A stretch of 64,000 nucleotides of DNA from Vicugna vicugna. Its lineage: Eukaryota. The stretch lies in assembly GCA_013265495.1 (NCBI GenBank), contig MU058654.1:186001-250000 (forward strand), read 5' to 3'. Position 1 is the stretch's first letter. Every line of letters begins with the position of its first letter. A model generated the notes under the pieces. The model made no database searches. It saw nothing but the letters and a program-made list of their open reading frames with translations, and was not told where the DNA came from. Position numbers and translations under genes: made by a program. Of this stretch, positions 1 to 13,199 are shown piece by piece.

Positions 1-667
1 GGAAAAGGTTCCACGTGCTCATGAGAAGAATGTATATGGTGCTCTTGTTCCAAGGAGGCTGTAGAGTTTTCTATGAGGTCTGATTGGTTTATACTGTCAT
101 TCAAGCCTTCTGTTTTCTTGCCCATGTTCTGTTCTAGCTGCTTTATCCATTTTGAAAGTGGGGTATTGATGTATCCCAGTATCATTACTGAGTTGTCTGC
201 ATTTTTCTTCAATTTTGTCAATATTGTTTCAAATACGTAAAGGCTCTGTTATTAGTATAGCACGTCTACACGTGTTATGTCTTTCTGGTGGGTTTACCCT
301 GTTATTATTATAAAAAGTCCCTCTCTCCCTCTAGTCACATTTTTTTTAATGTCTCTCTTTTCTGGTACTCAACTCTTTTGCTGTTCTAGTTTGCCTCTTT
401 GAATCTAAAGTTTACCTCCTACAATTCAAATATGACAACCTCTGTCCTTTGATTAGAGTGATAACCTTTTTCCATTTCATGTTATTAGCATAGTTGTGTG
501 TATTCTACCATTTTGCTTTTTCTTTTCTATAAAACTCATGTCTTTTTCCTTCTATTCTGCCTTTTTGCCTTCCTTTATAGTAATTGAATGTTTCCTAATG
601 TAACATTTTAAATATCTTACTAATTTTAATGATATTTTGTGTTATTTCCTAATGGTTGCTCTAGGAA
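1..667 (-). mobile_element. Ancient L1 (L1M-type) fragment, ORF2 endonuclease/inter-ORF region
   Basis: T-rich antisense L1 phrases such as TGAGAAGAATGTATAT and TCCATTTTGAAAGTGGGGTATTGA; heavily decayed; boundaries approximate. Confidence 0.75.
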
Positions 668-829
668 CTACAATTTCCTTCATCAATGTTTTGTACGTTT
701 CAGGGTATGATTCTTTCACCTCCTTGTTTAAGTTTCTTTCTGGGTATTTTGTTCTTTTTACACGATTTCAAATAGATTTTTTGCTTTCTCTTTCTGATAG
801 TTCATTATTAACATATACAAAAGTAACAA
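668..829 (-). mobile_element. L1 ORF2 fragment (post-RT region)
   Basis: Minus strand decodes to a decayed version of ...FLYTNNELSERE...KEVKDLY.ENYKTLMKEI of L1 ORF2. Confidence 0.75.
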
Positions 830-830
830 A

Positions 831-1620
831 GATTAAAATACAAAAGTATTGCAAAAGCAATTATGACTATGATTAACAGTGAGAAGATAACATAAAGATG
901 AAAAATATGACTTAAAAAACACAAATTGTGAGGAAGAAAAGGAAGGCAAAGTGTAGATCTTTTAGAATGTGTTTGAACTTAAATGACTACTAGTTTAAAA
1001 CAAGTAAATATAGTTACAGATCAGTATATATAAACCCCACGGTAACCACAAATCAAAAATTTACAATATATACCCAAAAACTAGAGAGAGAGGAACACAA
1101 GTAGATTAGTAAAGGAAATCATCAAACTACAAGGGAAGAAACAAAAAAAAAAGAAATTAACAGAGAATAACTACAAAAACAGACAGAAAACATGTGCTAA
1201 AATGGCAACAAGTACATAGCTATCAAGAACTACTTTAAACGTCACTGGATTAAATTCTCCAATCAAAAGACATAATGTGGCTGATTGGATTAAAAAAAAA
1301 TGACAAAACCCATCTATATGCTGCTTACAAGAGACTCACTTCAGAGCTGAAAATACACACAGACTGAAATTGAGGGAGTGGGAAGAGATATTTCATAAAA
1401 GTGGAAATGACACGAAAGTAAGGGTAAATATTCATATCAGGCAAAAATAGACTTTAAACAAAGTCTATAACAAAAGAAAAGAGCATTATATAATAATAAA
1501 TTGGTCAATACAAAATATTACACTCTTTAACATATATGCTCCCAATACAGGAGCACCTAAATATATAAAGCAAATATTGACATAAAGAAATTGACAATAA
1601 TATAATAATAGCAGGGGACT
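831..1620 (+). mobile_element. L1 inter-ORF spacer plus ORF2 endonuclease N-terminus (disrupted)
   Basis: ATG at 1202 reads MATST*LSRTTLNVTGLNSPIKRHNVADWIKK, then PSICCLQETHFR and YAPNTGAP, ending at IAGD; in-frame stops and frameshifts. Confidence 0.9.
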
Positions 1621-2950
1621 CATTTACCCTTTCTTGTTCTTTTTATTCCAGCCTTTGTACTTCAGTTTCTGTCTGGTACCATTTCCTCACTCTGATACAG
1701 CTTTATTCCCACCTATTTATTTTTTTCCCTTATTGTCAAATGTTTTACGTTTCTTTATGTTATAGACTCAACAATGTAATTGTTTACATATTGTTTTACT
1801 AATTACTTTTTAACTCAGTTAAGAGAAGAAAGGAGAAAAATAGGCAATTACCCTATCTTTTGTAATTGCCTACATAATTATCTTCTGAGTGTTCTTTCTT
1901 CCCCTCCTCCCCATGGAGTTGAATTTCTAACTATTGTCACTTGCTTTCAGTCTGAAGAATTTCCTTTAGTATTTCTTGTAAAGCAAGTGCTCTTGAGAGA
2001 ATTTTCTTGGGTTTTGTTTAGCATAGAAGGTATTTACTTCACCTTCATTTTTTTTAGAGCTAGTTTTGTTGGATATGTGACACTGGTGGACAATTATTTT
2101 CACTGACAGCACTTTGAATATGTCATCCCACTGCTTCTGACCTCCATTGTTTCTGGTGGAAAGTCAGCCATTAATCTTTGTGGGATTTCCCTGTACATGT
2201 GCCATTTTTCTGTTACTGCTTTCAAAATTTTATTTTTACTTTTGGCTTTTAACATTTTGACTATGATGTGTCTGAATGTGAATATATATCTTTGCTTTTA
2301 TCCTTCTTAGAGTTCATTAATCTCTTTGGATGTTTAAAGTCTTCATCTAATTTTGGCAGTTTTCAGCCATATTTCTTTGAATATTTTCTCTGTCCCTTTC
2401 TCTCCTTTACTTCTCCTATCCCCCTTATGTGAATTTTAATGCATTTATTGATGTCCCACATTTTTCTGAGGCTTTGTTTTTGTTTTGCTTTTCATTCTTT
2501 TCTCTATTCTTCAGATTGCAAGGTCCCTATTGAATCAATATTCAAGTTTTCTCATTCTTTATTTCTGCCTGCTTATATTTATTGTTGAGCCCTGCTAGCA
2601 AATTCTGATTTTTGGTGATTGCACTTGTAATGTCAGAATTTCCACTTGATTATTTCCAATAATTTCTATATCATCCATTGACACATACCATTTAATAAGA
2701 GAATATCATTATACCTTCCTTTTAATTATTGAAGCATGATTCTCTATAGTATTTGGACATATTTGCAAATATTGCTTTGAAATGTTTATCTGCTAACTTC
2801 ACCAGCTGGGCCTCTGCAAAAGAAGTTTTCCCTTGTCTCTTTTTTTTTTTCTGCATGATTCATATTTTCCTTTTTCTTTGTATGTCTTAATTTTTGGTTG
2901 TTGTTGAAAACTGAAAATTTAAATTCTATATTCTAGCACCTCTGTATCCT
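1621..2950 (-). mobile_element. Ancient L1 fragment, ORF1 region
   Basis: Antisense ORF1 signatures CAGCACTTTGAATATGTCATCCCACTGCTTCTGACCTCCATTGTTTCTG and AAGTCAGCCATTAATC. Confidence 0.8.
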
Positions 2951-4219
2951 GATTCCCCTCGCCCACACATGCCAGAGGTCGCTACCATTGTTTTGCCAGG
3001 TTGTTTGCTTATTTGTTTAATGACTTTGCTGAACTAATTTTGCCAAATCTATTCCCCCAGATACATATGTGTCAGCTGTCTTCTCAACAGAGAAGTATTA
3101 ACGTCCAACATCCTTGGCATTATTTTTCCTACGGCTTATTTGAAAAAATAGAACAAAATAAAACGAAAAGCATCTGGCTTCATTTCAGCCATCTACTTCC
3201 CTGCTTCTTTCATGTTCTATTCCCAGTTTTCATTTTCTAGCCAACCAGAATGGATATCGGGAAAGATACTCTCCTGGCTAAGGGCAAGGTGTACGAATAT
3301 AAACCAATGCCTGACTAGTGTCCAATATCCCTTGCATAAAGGCAGTAGGGATCTCCCCTGCCGCACCACTTCTGCCTCCTCTGGGTGAAATGAAGTCACT
3401 GTTCATTTCAGGGAGTTTCCTGTCCTGCACCATTAAAGGTCTGCCTAACCCAGATGGGACTCAACCGTCCCGGAGGGTGGGCGAGTTTGCCCTCACTGGG
3501 ACAGCGCCACACAGAAAACTGACACCCTCCTTCCTGGGAGGAGGGGTGGGGAACACTTTCCTGAGAACAAATGTGCTTTTCAAAGGTGCAAAGGTCTGGC
3601 AGGGGGAGAAAATGGGGGCACAGGGGTGGGTGATATTGAAAACAATGTATTTTTCCTTCCCTGTCAATCACTTTGCCCTGAGGTTTCTCACCCATTGGAT
3701 CAATGGGATTAATTGTTTCGGGGGATAGCAAATGCCATCTAGGACAAAGAAGTCATTGCTCAGCTTGAATTTCACACTAACTTTTTTTTTTAAGTTGATG
3801 GTCTTAAAAGCCTAGCTTTGTTGAGCAAATAAAGGCTTTCTAAATTTCAAAAACTTCCTTCTACATACTCCTAGCAGAGCTTGGGGGTCTGATCACAGAG
3901 GTTCACTGTAAGCCATCAAAACCTAAAGGAAGTCTCTGATAAACAGAAAGAGAGAGGCTCCTGAGGCCGGAGGAACTTGGGGTAATTAAGGGAGCGCAAA
4001 TCTAAGGCTTAGATGTTATTTGAGTCTTTTGAGGGGCAGGAATCCTACGTCCCAGGTGTTAGGTTCAGAGTCTGCCGAGGCAAGAAAATAGAAATTTCAG
4101 TTATGATGATAAGGCAGCTAAAATCAGAAGTGGCAAGTAACTTACTTCCCATTTGGAGTTTAGGACTTTGTCACTGTTCCTCTAGTCCAAGCAAAGGTTA
4201 AGGAGACCCTACATTAGGA

Positions 4220-4870
4220 TTGGAAGAAGGAAATAAGAGTCAAGGGGCGTGTCTTAGGTTTTGACGGCTAAATGCTGAGGATGAGGGAGAGACAGGAGTC
4301 TAGGGTGTTAGTTTTGGATGCAATAGTCACTCCGTGAATGCAAGGGAAGAAACTACGTTTGGGTATGTTGCCCGTGAAGAGTCTGAGTGACACCCAGAGG
4401 TAAACATTTATCAGGCAGTTAGACAGCCATGCCTGAGGCTGGAGAGGTTAGAGATGAGAATCCACAGATGACTTTCACCACGTCTTTGGCATCCTATGTG
4501 ATGCTCATGGGTTACAGCCTAGGTTCCCAAATCAAGCATCACCTGGAAAAGCTGGGAAAACCCAGCTTCCTGGGTCCAGCCCTCAGTGATTCTCCCTCGG
4601 CCGAGCAGGTGTGATGGCCAGAGATTTGCAAGGTTAGAAAGCACCATGAGGAATTATTCTGATGTGGTGCCTCGTTTGGGAAACCAATGGACTGGATCAC
4701 GTCGGTGGGTGTGGAGAGTGAGAAAAGCAAATGGCCAAGCACTCATCTTGGTGGGACCCAGCACTAAGGAGAGAGAGGACTTCCAGAGACAGGAGGCAGC
4801 AAAGGAGACTACAAAGGAATGATCAGACAGGGTGATGGAGGAGCAACAGAGAGAGACGGCGGAGTGAAGC
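4220..4870 (-). mobile_element. L2 fragments
   Basis: Purine-rich antisense L2 phrases (AGGCAGTTAGACA, GCAGCAAAGGAGACT...GGAATGATCAGACAGG); probably interrupted. Confidence 0.6.
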
Positions 4871-6329
4871 TTTTTATTCTCCTTTTGTACCAGAAGAGTC
4901 CCCACTACATTATCATTTCCCCAGTGTTATTTTCTCAAAGATAAAAATGTTCCTTTTCTACAGACTATTTTTTACAGTATCCTATTGAGTAGGGGAATGA
5001 AAAGCATTTTATTAAAAGCAGTAATTTGTTACTGCTCTAAATGATCTTTTATAGTTTCTAAAACACAATGTCTTCTTGATAAAGCTGGTCCAAGAGTGAA
5101 TTATTAGGCTGCTGGAAGTCCTGGGCAAGAACAAAGACATAAAACATAATGTGCCTGTGTTGGCTACTGCAAAGTGCCGGGATGTATTTGCTAATTAGCA
5201 TGCTGCTGTTAGCACCTCTCACCTTTCTTTGTTTCTTTTGGTAGTTCCTACTGAGAAAAAAATATATAAATTACCTGCAAAAAAATTTTTTTTGAGGCTG
5301 AAAACAAAACACATACCTTTGTGCAGGCAGAATTTATACAATGGCGCTCGGAGATACCCCTCTCATCACCAGAGGGGTGATGCTCACCAAAGGACCCCTA
5401 AGGCTAGAGTCTGAGGCAGAATCAGAGTGCACAAATGATGAGGCATTTTATTTGTACTCTTTCCCACTTTCTCAGGCCATGTCTAGGCTCTCCCGGCTAA
5501 TGGGATCTGAAAGAGAGGAAATGAAGGCATTGGCCGTAAACCCACAGCCGCCTCCGCACCTGGGTTTGCACACACCTGAGTGAGGCTCTCCCCTACCTCT
5601 GTCCTTCCTGTTAAAGACATGTGAGAGAGACCTTGGAGGACCACAGAGCCTTCAATATGTTGTCATTGAAAAGCTGTTAGGGATTTCACAGCTGACAGCA
5701 GTGCATCTAATTACTGAATTATTAAACGGAAGGCCCCTGCCGAAAAAGCAACGACCTGTCACTCAAGAAGATACATTCCTGTGAAAAGCACAGGTACAAC
5801 TAGGTCACCTCGCTCACTTCTGCAGAGAGACTTGAAATATTCCAACTCAAGGGGCGAGGGAACTTAATTGCCTCGGGTACCTGCATTAAGTTGGACCTGA
5901 AATATTAAGCCAACTGTGTTTTCAGTTCCTGCGCTAGTTTCTGGGGACAACAGTCTCAAGCTTCTGCTATTTTGCATTTTTCTTTCAGGCCCAAAGATAT
6001 TTTTCTGATATTAGGCTGTCAACCTACAGAAATCCTATCTTAGAGATTTCTGAAGGGGAAATAAATAAGAGAGAGGCAGGGCATAGGTTAGAGACCAAAG
6101 ATGACTAGGAGACTAGGATGGCTAGCTACATTCTGATGCAGGCAGTTTTCTGTATCCCGTTTTTTTTTTTGTTTGTTTGTTTGTTTGTTTGTTTTTAAGT
6201 TTTGGAACCAGCTTGCAGAAATCCCCTCACCTCCCTCTCAGCCTGCCTGCCCAGAGAAAGGACCAATCACTGGTATATTTCCTGTTTTTGTGTTTACGTC
6301 CTCAAAAGGCATTTGCACTTGACCACAAC

Positions 6330-6560
6330 AATAATAAAACAATAAATGCAACTTATTGAGCTTTCCTTGCTTGTCAGGCACTATACTTAAAAGCTTTCCT
6401 TTTTTCCTATTTCATCCTTCTAAGCTATCTATGAGTTAGTGGCCATCATTAGCTCCACTTCAGAGAAGGAAAAGCAGAGTCATAGAAAAGTGAAGTAAGC
6501 CACATGTTCAAAGTAACATGGCTAGAATGGAATGAGCCAGGCTACACACCAAGAAAATCA
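6330..6560 (-). mobile_element. MIR SINE
   Basis: Antisense MIR from tail (ACTTATTGAGC...TGTCAGGCACT) through core to AAAGTAACATGGCTAG. Confidence 0.75.
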
Positions 6561-6892
6561 CACATCCTTAAACTTTATGCACGCACATTTCTTAATGGTT
6601 GTTTTGCTCTTTTAAAGGATTTTATAAAAGGAGATGAAAAGGATGATACTTTCATCTGCCTTGTTTTAGTTTTGTATTTCAATAGGATGTCGATACTTTG
6701 TTAATTGAACAGTATGAGAAAAATGAAAATGTGGTATCATCTCCCTGCCAAGAGCCTTCACTGAGCCCCTGAGCCTCCCCTTGGAGAGAACATCCCACCT
6801 GAACCATGTTACCCGTCCATGCATTTGCCCCTTCTGCAAAAGGAAGCAGCTAAAGGGAGCGGGTCCTTTTCCATTTGCCCTTGTACACCCAA

Positions 6893-7382
6893 TGTCTTAG
6901 ATTTCTCCAGAGAAACAGGACCAATAGATTATTAAAGGATATTTATTATGAGGAATTAGCTCATGTGATTACAGAGGCTGGGAACATCTGCTGTTTGCAA
7001 GCTAAAGACCCAGGAAAGTTAGTGGTATAATTCAATCTGAGTCTGAAGACCTGAGAACCAGGGGAGCCAATGATGATGTAAATCCCAGGATAAGGAGAGG
7101 AGATGAGATGATCTGTCCTACTCAAGCAGTGAGGCAGGAGAAGGCGGCGGAGATAGGTGGGGGGTCAGGTTCCTCCTTCCTCTACCTTTTGTTCTATTCA
7201 GGCCCTCAACGGATTGGATGATGCCCACCCACGTTGAGGAGGGTGATTTATTTTACTGAGTCCACTGATTCAAATATTTCCTGAAATAGCATCAGGAAAC
7301 CCCCTCACGGTCCTACCCAGAAGCAATGTTTAATCTGGACACCTGTACGCAATCAAGCTGACACGTAAAATTAACCATCACA
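6893..7382 (-). mobile_element. MLT2-type ERVL solo LTR
   Basis: TG...CA ends; TTCTCCAGAGAAACAG.ACCAATAG at left and TGACACGTAAAATTAACCATCACA at right; 5-bp TSD CCCAA (6888-6892) / CCCAG (7383-7387). Confidence 0.9.
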
Positions 7383-7839
7383 CCCAGATTGGTGTATTTT
7401 TTTCAGTTTCTACTCAATAAATGTTTCTGGAACTGAATCTAAATCCTTCAGCTGCAAAGAATGGATTCTAATAATGTTTGTCTTGGTTTTATACTATTTG
7501 TGATGAGCTAAAGATATTTACCCCCATGACTGCCAAGCACATGGCTCCAGGTCACTCAAGTAGACTGATCCTGAGGAATGTTTCTGATGGGGACCTGCCT
7601 CTGTAGAATCAATGCAGAAGCACCAGGTTATTTCATTCTTTCTGGATCTCTGGTATGTAACAGTTAATCTTGAAGGTAAGTCTTCTCTAAAGGATTCCTT
7701 CTGTATTCCCTATATAATGCTAAATTCTATCATATATAACAGGTATCTTCATGTGGTCTCATGGACCCCTTTTTCAAAATGGCATTTGACATTCTTCTGT
7801 GCTTAAACCAACTCAATCAACTCAGATTCTAGAACCAAG

Positions 7840-7945
7840 ATGGCATAGTGGTTGGTAACAGTCTCTAGACTCAAATTTCCCAGGTCTAGATGTCAGTTCT
7901 TCCACGTCCTAGCTGTGTGAATTGTGAACCGCAATTTCCCAGTCG
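7840..7945 (+). mobile_element. MIR 5' fragment
   Basis: TGGCATAGTGGTT...CTAGCTGTGTGA matches the MIR head. Confidence 0.6.
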
Positions 7946-9164
7946 TACACAAATAATATACTTAAAAGTCACACACTCACTGATCCACAGAGCTGAGATT
8001 TATCACATGGTGTCAATTAATTTTTTGTCAGTTCACCTTCTTGGAGACCTGGACTTGGTCTTATTTTTCTTTTAATTTTCAGTATATACACATAGTAAAT
8101 GCTCAGTAAATTTACGTTGAATGGATTGTGATTTTTGTTAAAAGTCTGGCCTATCATGGGAAAAAAAATTCTAAAGAAATAGTATATTACGGTCCTGTAG
8201 GCAAGGTAAAGCCACAATCAGAATTTAGTTGTGGAAAATTATATTTTCCTCCAACACAACTAAAGTATACAATGGCAAAGGTCAGAAGACTACAAACATG
8301 TGAAAAATGTTAACATCACATTTTTAGGCTTATTAGAAACAGTCTAAATAATTACATCAGTCAAATTACTGGTGGCTTTTGGCTCCTATCCAGGATAAAG
8401 GTCATGACCCAACATACCGGGACCCTGCGTGACACAAGTGATTGACAGGAAGAGGAAATAGATTGATACCTTTCACGTGGGAATCACAGCTTGCTGCAAG
8501 TATAAGCAAAACCCATATCTGGATTTTGTGGGAAAAGTTCATTGTGCTCTGATTCAAATTCCTTGTTCCCAAAGTTGTTTAATTGTGGTGTTTTTGTGCG
8601 TGTGTGTGTTTAATGAAACAGCTGAGTACCATGATAAAATATAGGTCATTCACTGCTGGTTAAAACCATCACTGGCTCTGTCTTTGCTTTCTTTTCATTG
8701 CAGTATCTAGTGGATATTTGGCCTCAGGCAAAGAGGAAGCTGTTTCTCAAATGGATTTTTTTCAATCTCCACATAGGAAATTATTAATTTTTGAGTGTGT
8801 AGATAATTATCTACTGTCCATCCATGAAGAGTGTAGAAGTTATTATTTCAAAGGATAGTATGTTAAGGGGTAAACTACCACAGTTTCTCACACTTCAGCA
8901 ATAATGAGCATAAAGGTTCCCTGTTGAATCTCCAACTCTGCTTTATGTCCAGTGGTGTGCCAATGACCCAAAACGCAGTAAGAAAAGAATTTATCTTCTA
9001 TAGCAGAGTTTTATTCAGATGTAGACAATATGCTTTTCAGCCTCAATTCCATGACTTTTGGAAAAATTTAGGGATTCACAAGAAGCCAAGTGCTCATTTA
9101 TCAGCAAAGTCCATTTTGTTTCTAGGTGTGATAGAGATAACATTCGGAAGCTAGCTTATTGGAA

Positions 9165-9300
9165 GGGAGAACTTAGTAACCTGCACATTAAATTCGCCTG
9201 GAGAACTTTCACAAGTTCACCACAACTCCAGCCAATTGTGGGGGCCGAGGCATCAGTATTTTATACAGCCCTCAGGTGATTCCAAAGTCAGCCATTGCTG
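9165..9300. mobile_element. MER5A-like hAT-Charlie MITE remnant
   Basis: CTGCACATTAAATTCGCCTGGAGAACTT...GGCATCAGTATTTT...CCTCAGGTGATTCCAA. Confidence 0.55.
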
Positions 9301-12300
9301 AGTTCCATTGTTAGATCACAATCATTTAGCTATACAGTGTGTACCTTATGTGTTATCGACATTCTTTATCATTGCCTTAAGACTTTTTGAAAACAAAATT
9401 TATATTGCTTCACTTGCTATTAAAGATTGAAGAGACTCATTTTAACTTGAAATATATAATCTGGATCAATTTCCGCTTCAAATCTCCATTGATTGAATAC
9501 AGAAAAAAAAAAAAACCTGATCATATTCATATTTATATTTCAAAATCCTTCTATTTAATATATTCTCATACTACATGAGAAAAAACCCTTTGAGGAGCCC
9601 ATTGTATCAAATAAATATTTTTTGAGTCCTTATTCCATTCCTAATGATTAGGACACCTAAATAGTGTCCACACTGCCAAAGAATTCGTGATTAGTGGGAA
9701 AATCTGTTGTGTGTAAAAATGACTACAATGCTTCGAGCTAATTGCACTAAATGAGCAAGTACTATAATGTGTGATCAAGGGGGAATCACAGAGTCACCAG
9801 GGAGGAATCAACCTTGTGTTGGAGCACGGAAGGTAGTCAGAAGGATCCAATGTGGGCAAAAAGATATGAGTGTTATGGACAAGAGAAAGAGCAAGTTCCT
9901 AGACAAGTGAAATTTATATTGTTTGGGGGATTAGGAAGCAGTCTGGTAGGAACAGATCACTGAGATATTTTACCACTAGCCTTTCTGAGAAAGAAGGGTT
10001 TATCTTCTCAGCAGTTCAAAAGAAGTGGGCATGAGACACGCTAACTTAATTTTTAAAAAAGGCTGTCAAGTGAAAGTAATGAGGAGTGACCCAATTTAGA
10101 ATTATTTCTGGCTATTTATACTTATGCATTTTCCTTACTTTATAAAATATAGCAAAAACCTTTTCTTGAATCATGATTCTTCAGGGCATTTTTCTATAGT
10201 TTTATGACCATGTAATAATGCTTATTATAGTTAGATTTTCTTGAAATAATATGTTATTCAAAGGCTAGTAGTCCCAGAGGGCACGTACAAAAACACTACT
10301 CAATAGACCATAAAGATCAAGTGGAAACAATTGCTTTCATAAGTTTATATTTAATTGCATGCACAGGTGTTTTTGTTTTGAAGAGGAAACTTTAGATTAA
10401 AAAGTATGATTAATTCTCATGCCATCCCAGAATGCCAGATGAAGAGAAGTTTTCCCCAATTTTAAAGAGAACAGAGCACACAGATGTTTAGGTCATGGTG
10501 ACAAAAGAGAGTATTCCTGACCCACACTAAGTTACTTTTCTCCAGGTTGTCAAAATGGCTTCTCCATGGATTCCAGCGTGGGCACCAACCCAGAGTATTC
10601 CTCTGCATTTATAAGCAGACCTGGTCCTATAGACAGACTCCATATTACCTTATTTTGCCACAGAAAACCCCATCCCAACCATGTGACTGAGAAGATTCCT
10701 GGAATAATTCAGGAGTGTTTCCCAGAAAGGAGATTCAGTTAATCCACCAAACACAAGGAATAGACAGAGAAGTCCCCAAGCAGTAAATTACAGACTTCAA
10801 GAATGTTTAAAGGAAAGAAACATCTTTGATGAGTGGAGTGAGTGTTGAACCAGAAACCAAGGAACAAGCACAGAGGTCCTACCACAAACTGGCTAGATGC
10901 CCTGGGGAAGCCGCCCTGTGACTGACACAGCTGAACCTCATGCACCTTAATTCCAGAGAAAGAAAAAAATGCTTCCTTTTTCATACTCACAGGATTAGGA
11001 GACCCAGATCAATGCGGAAGGATTTTAAAGCCTATAATATGTTGACAAAGGTGATCTACAGACATTTTCTCGTATTGTTATTGTTTGGATTTTATAATTT
11101 GTCAAAGGAAACTCTCCTTAAGGTAGAAATGTTAGAACCAGCAGAAAAATACAGGTAAACAAAAAGAAATTCCTGGAGAGAAGCCATGTGAAATGTTGGG
11201 TTAGATCTCCCTGAGTTATCTTTTACATAATGAGGTAATACATCAGGAATAATTTTATATCTGGATTTTTCACTTACTAGTTATCAAAGTAGTTTTATAT
11301 GTCTTTAAAAAGTTCGCATAAAGATGACATGTTGTTTCAATCTATAGACACCTCATTTATAATTTTTTACTTTACGTGTAAAACTTTATCTGGACTTCAA
11401 AAATTTTGATCAGCAATATGTTAAGAATGACATTATTAGATCATAAAATGTATGCATCATCGAGGCTTTCAATTCATAATTCCAAGCTAGTTTCTTAAAA
11501 GCTGCACTGATTTGTAACCCCATCATCAATTTGTGAGTGCATCTATGTCAGCATACCTGGTCAGCATTGTACATTCAGATGTTGAAAAATTAACGTTGCC
11601 ATTTATTTTGTTTTGCATTTATTTAGTAACTTGTGAATCTCTTTTTTTTTTAGTTATATCTATCCTTCTCCTTTGTCTAGTCTCTTCATTCCATTTTCCA
11701 TTTACCTATTCATGCTTTCCTAAAGATTTGTGTAGCTTATGAAAATATTAAGACCATTAACTTTTTAAATATTTTATCACAAAATAATTTCTTCCTTTTT
11801 TTTATGCGTTTCAATTTTCCAGATGTTATTTTTCACTGTAGAGAAAATTTTCCTCTTCGTTTTGTCAGAATGATAACACGTTTCCTTTGCACCATCTTTC
11901 CATTGGCGAGCTTACGCTATTCACACATCTAGTTCTGTCCTAACTTCATTCAGCTAACAGATACTCATAGAAAGTCCCATATATGCCAGGTATGTAAGTT
12001 AGATTCTGGCTGATCCAAACACAAATAATGTGTTTTGAAGCAAATGTTATCTCTTGGTTGGAAAGGAAGGCAGATTTAAGGCTAGAGCTGGATTTCTTCA
12101 TTTATAAAGTCCTCATGATGTCCAGCACTCTCCAAGCAAAGATTTTCTTTAGCTATGTAAAATAAAGATTATTATTAGATGAGAAACTTAAAGTCAAATT
12201 GATAGATTCAAAATAAGTCATAGATTTTTTATTATTTCCGATGCATGTAGCAGAGACAATAATCATAAAAGTGAAGCCATTGGATTTCCTAAATCTGGGA

Positions 12301-12429
12301 TTTCAAGAAACTAGACAAGAGGATTCAATATGGCAAATACTTTGTTTATTCAGAATCCGCACACTCCCTATTTTTAAAAAGAACAGAAAGAATATTGCTT
12401 TGGAATTGTGATTGCCCACACCCAACAGA

Positions 12430-12705
12430 TGAGACACGGTTGACCAGAGCCAGTCACTACAATAGCATTCTCCTTTGGCAGACAGCGTTTATTTCTCAGT
12501 TTTTCTTGAAGTGAATCATGCACGTGTCACCATTTCTGGCCTGTGAAGTGCGAAGTGTGAGAAAAGTTTTCTGGGAAGAAGAGAACTTTCTGTTCCAACT
12601 TTATCCTTCCCTGATGAGGGTACTAGTGGAGGGGTCAGATACTCAGATTGTGGCAACCACATTGACATCAGGAGAAAAAGGCCAAGAGAACACTAGAAGC
12701 ACATA
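12430..12705. mobile_element. MLT1-type (MaLR) LTR remnant
   Basis: TTCTGGCCTGTGA...TGTGGCAACCACATTGACATCAGGAGAAAAAGGCCAAGAGAA resembles old MLT1 LTRs; very decayed. Confidence 0.45.
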
Positions 12706-13199
12706 AAATCAGTGGAGACTGCACTGCTGGTGGCTTGCCTACCACCAAGGTATGTCCAGCTCTTTATGGTTTTAAGATGCAAAGAGCTGATTCAAAAAAA
12801 TCAATGAAGAGGATACAAATAAGACATGAAATTAACTAATAAACTAGGTATAAAATAACTTATGGGACATAAATTTGAAAAACAATGGGGAAATTACAGT
12901 AAACACAAGGCTATGGGGCATCACAAAGAAGAAAGTAGGCAGCAAGCCACAGCAGGAAGCTAAGGTTTCCACACTGGGGGAAGTTGCCATTGGCCGGGAA
13001 ACGTTCAGAAGTCTGTCACAGAAGCTGGGTACAGAACCAGGATTCACCAAATGTTGGAGAAAGACCTGTTTATGTGAGAGAGAAATAGCAGATCCAAAGA
13101 CAAGAAAAACTTACAACCAGGATAATAAAGATAGTAGAGAAAGTACACAAAAAAGAAGTCCTTAAATTAGGAGCTATTGAGGGCAGGACGACTGTCATT

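Noticed and set aside
3318..3731. Overlapping 136-aa and 107-aa ORFs on opposite strands
   Set aside because: No recognisable domain; typical of stop-poor GC-richer sequence
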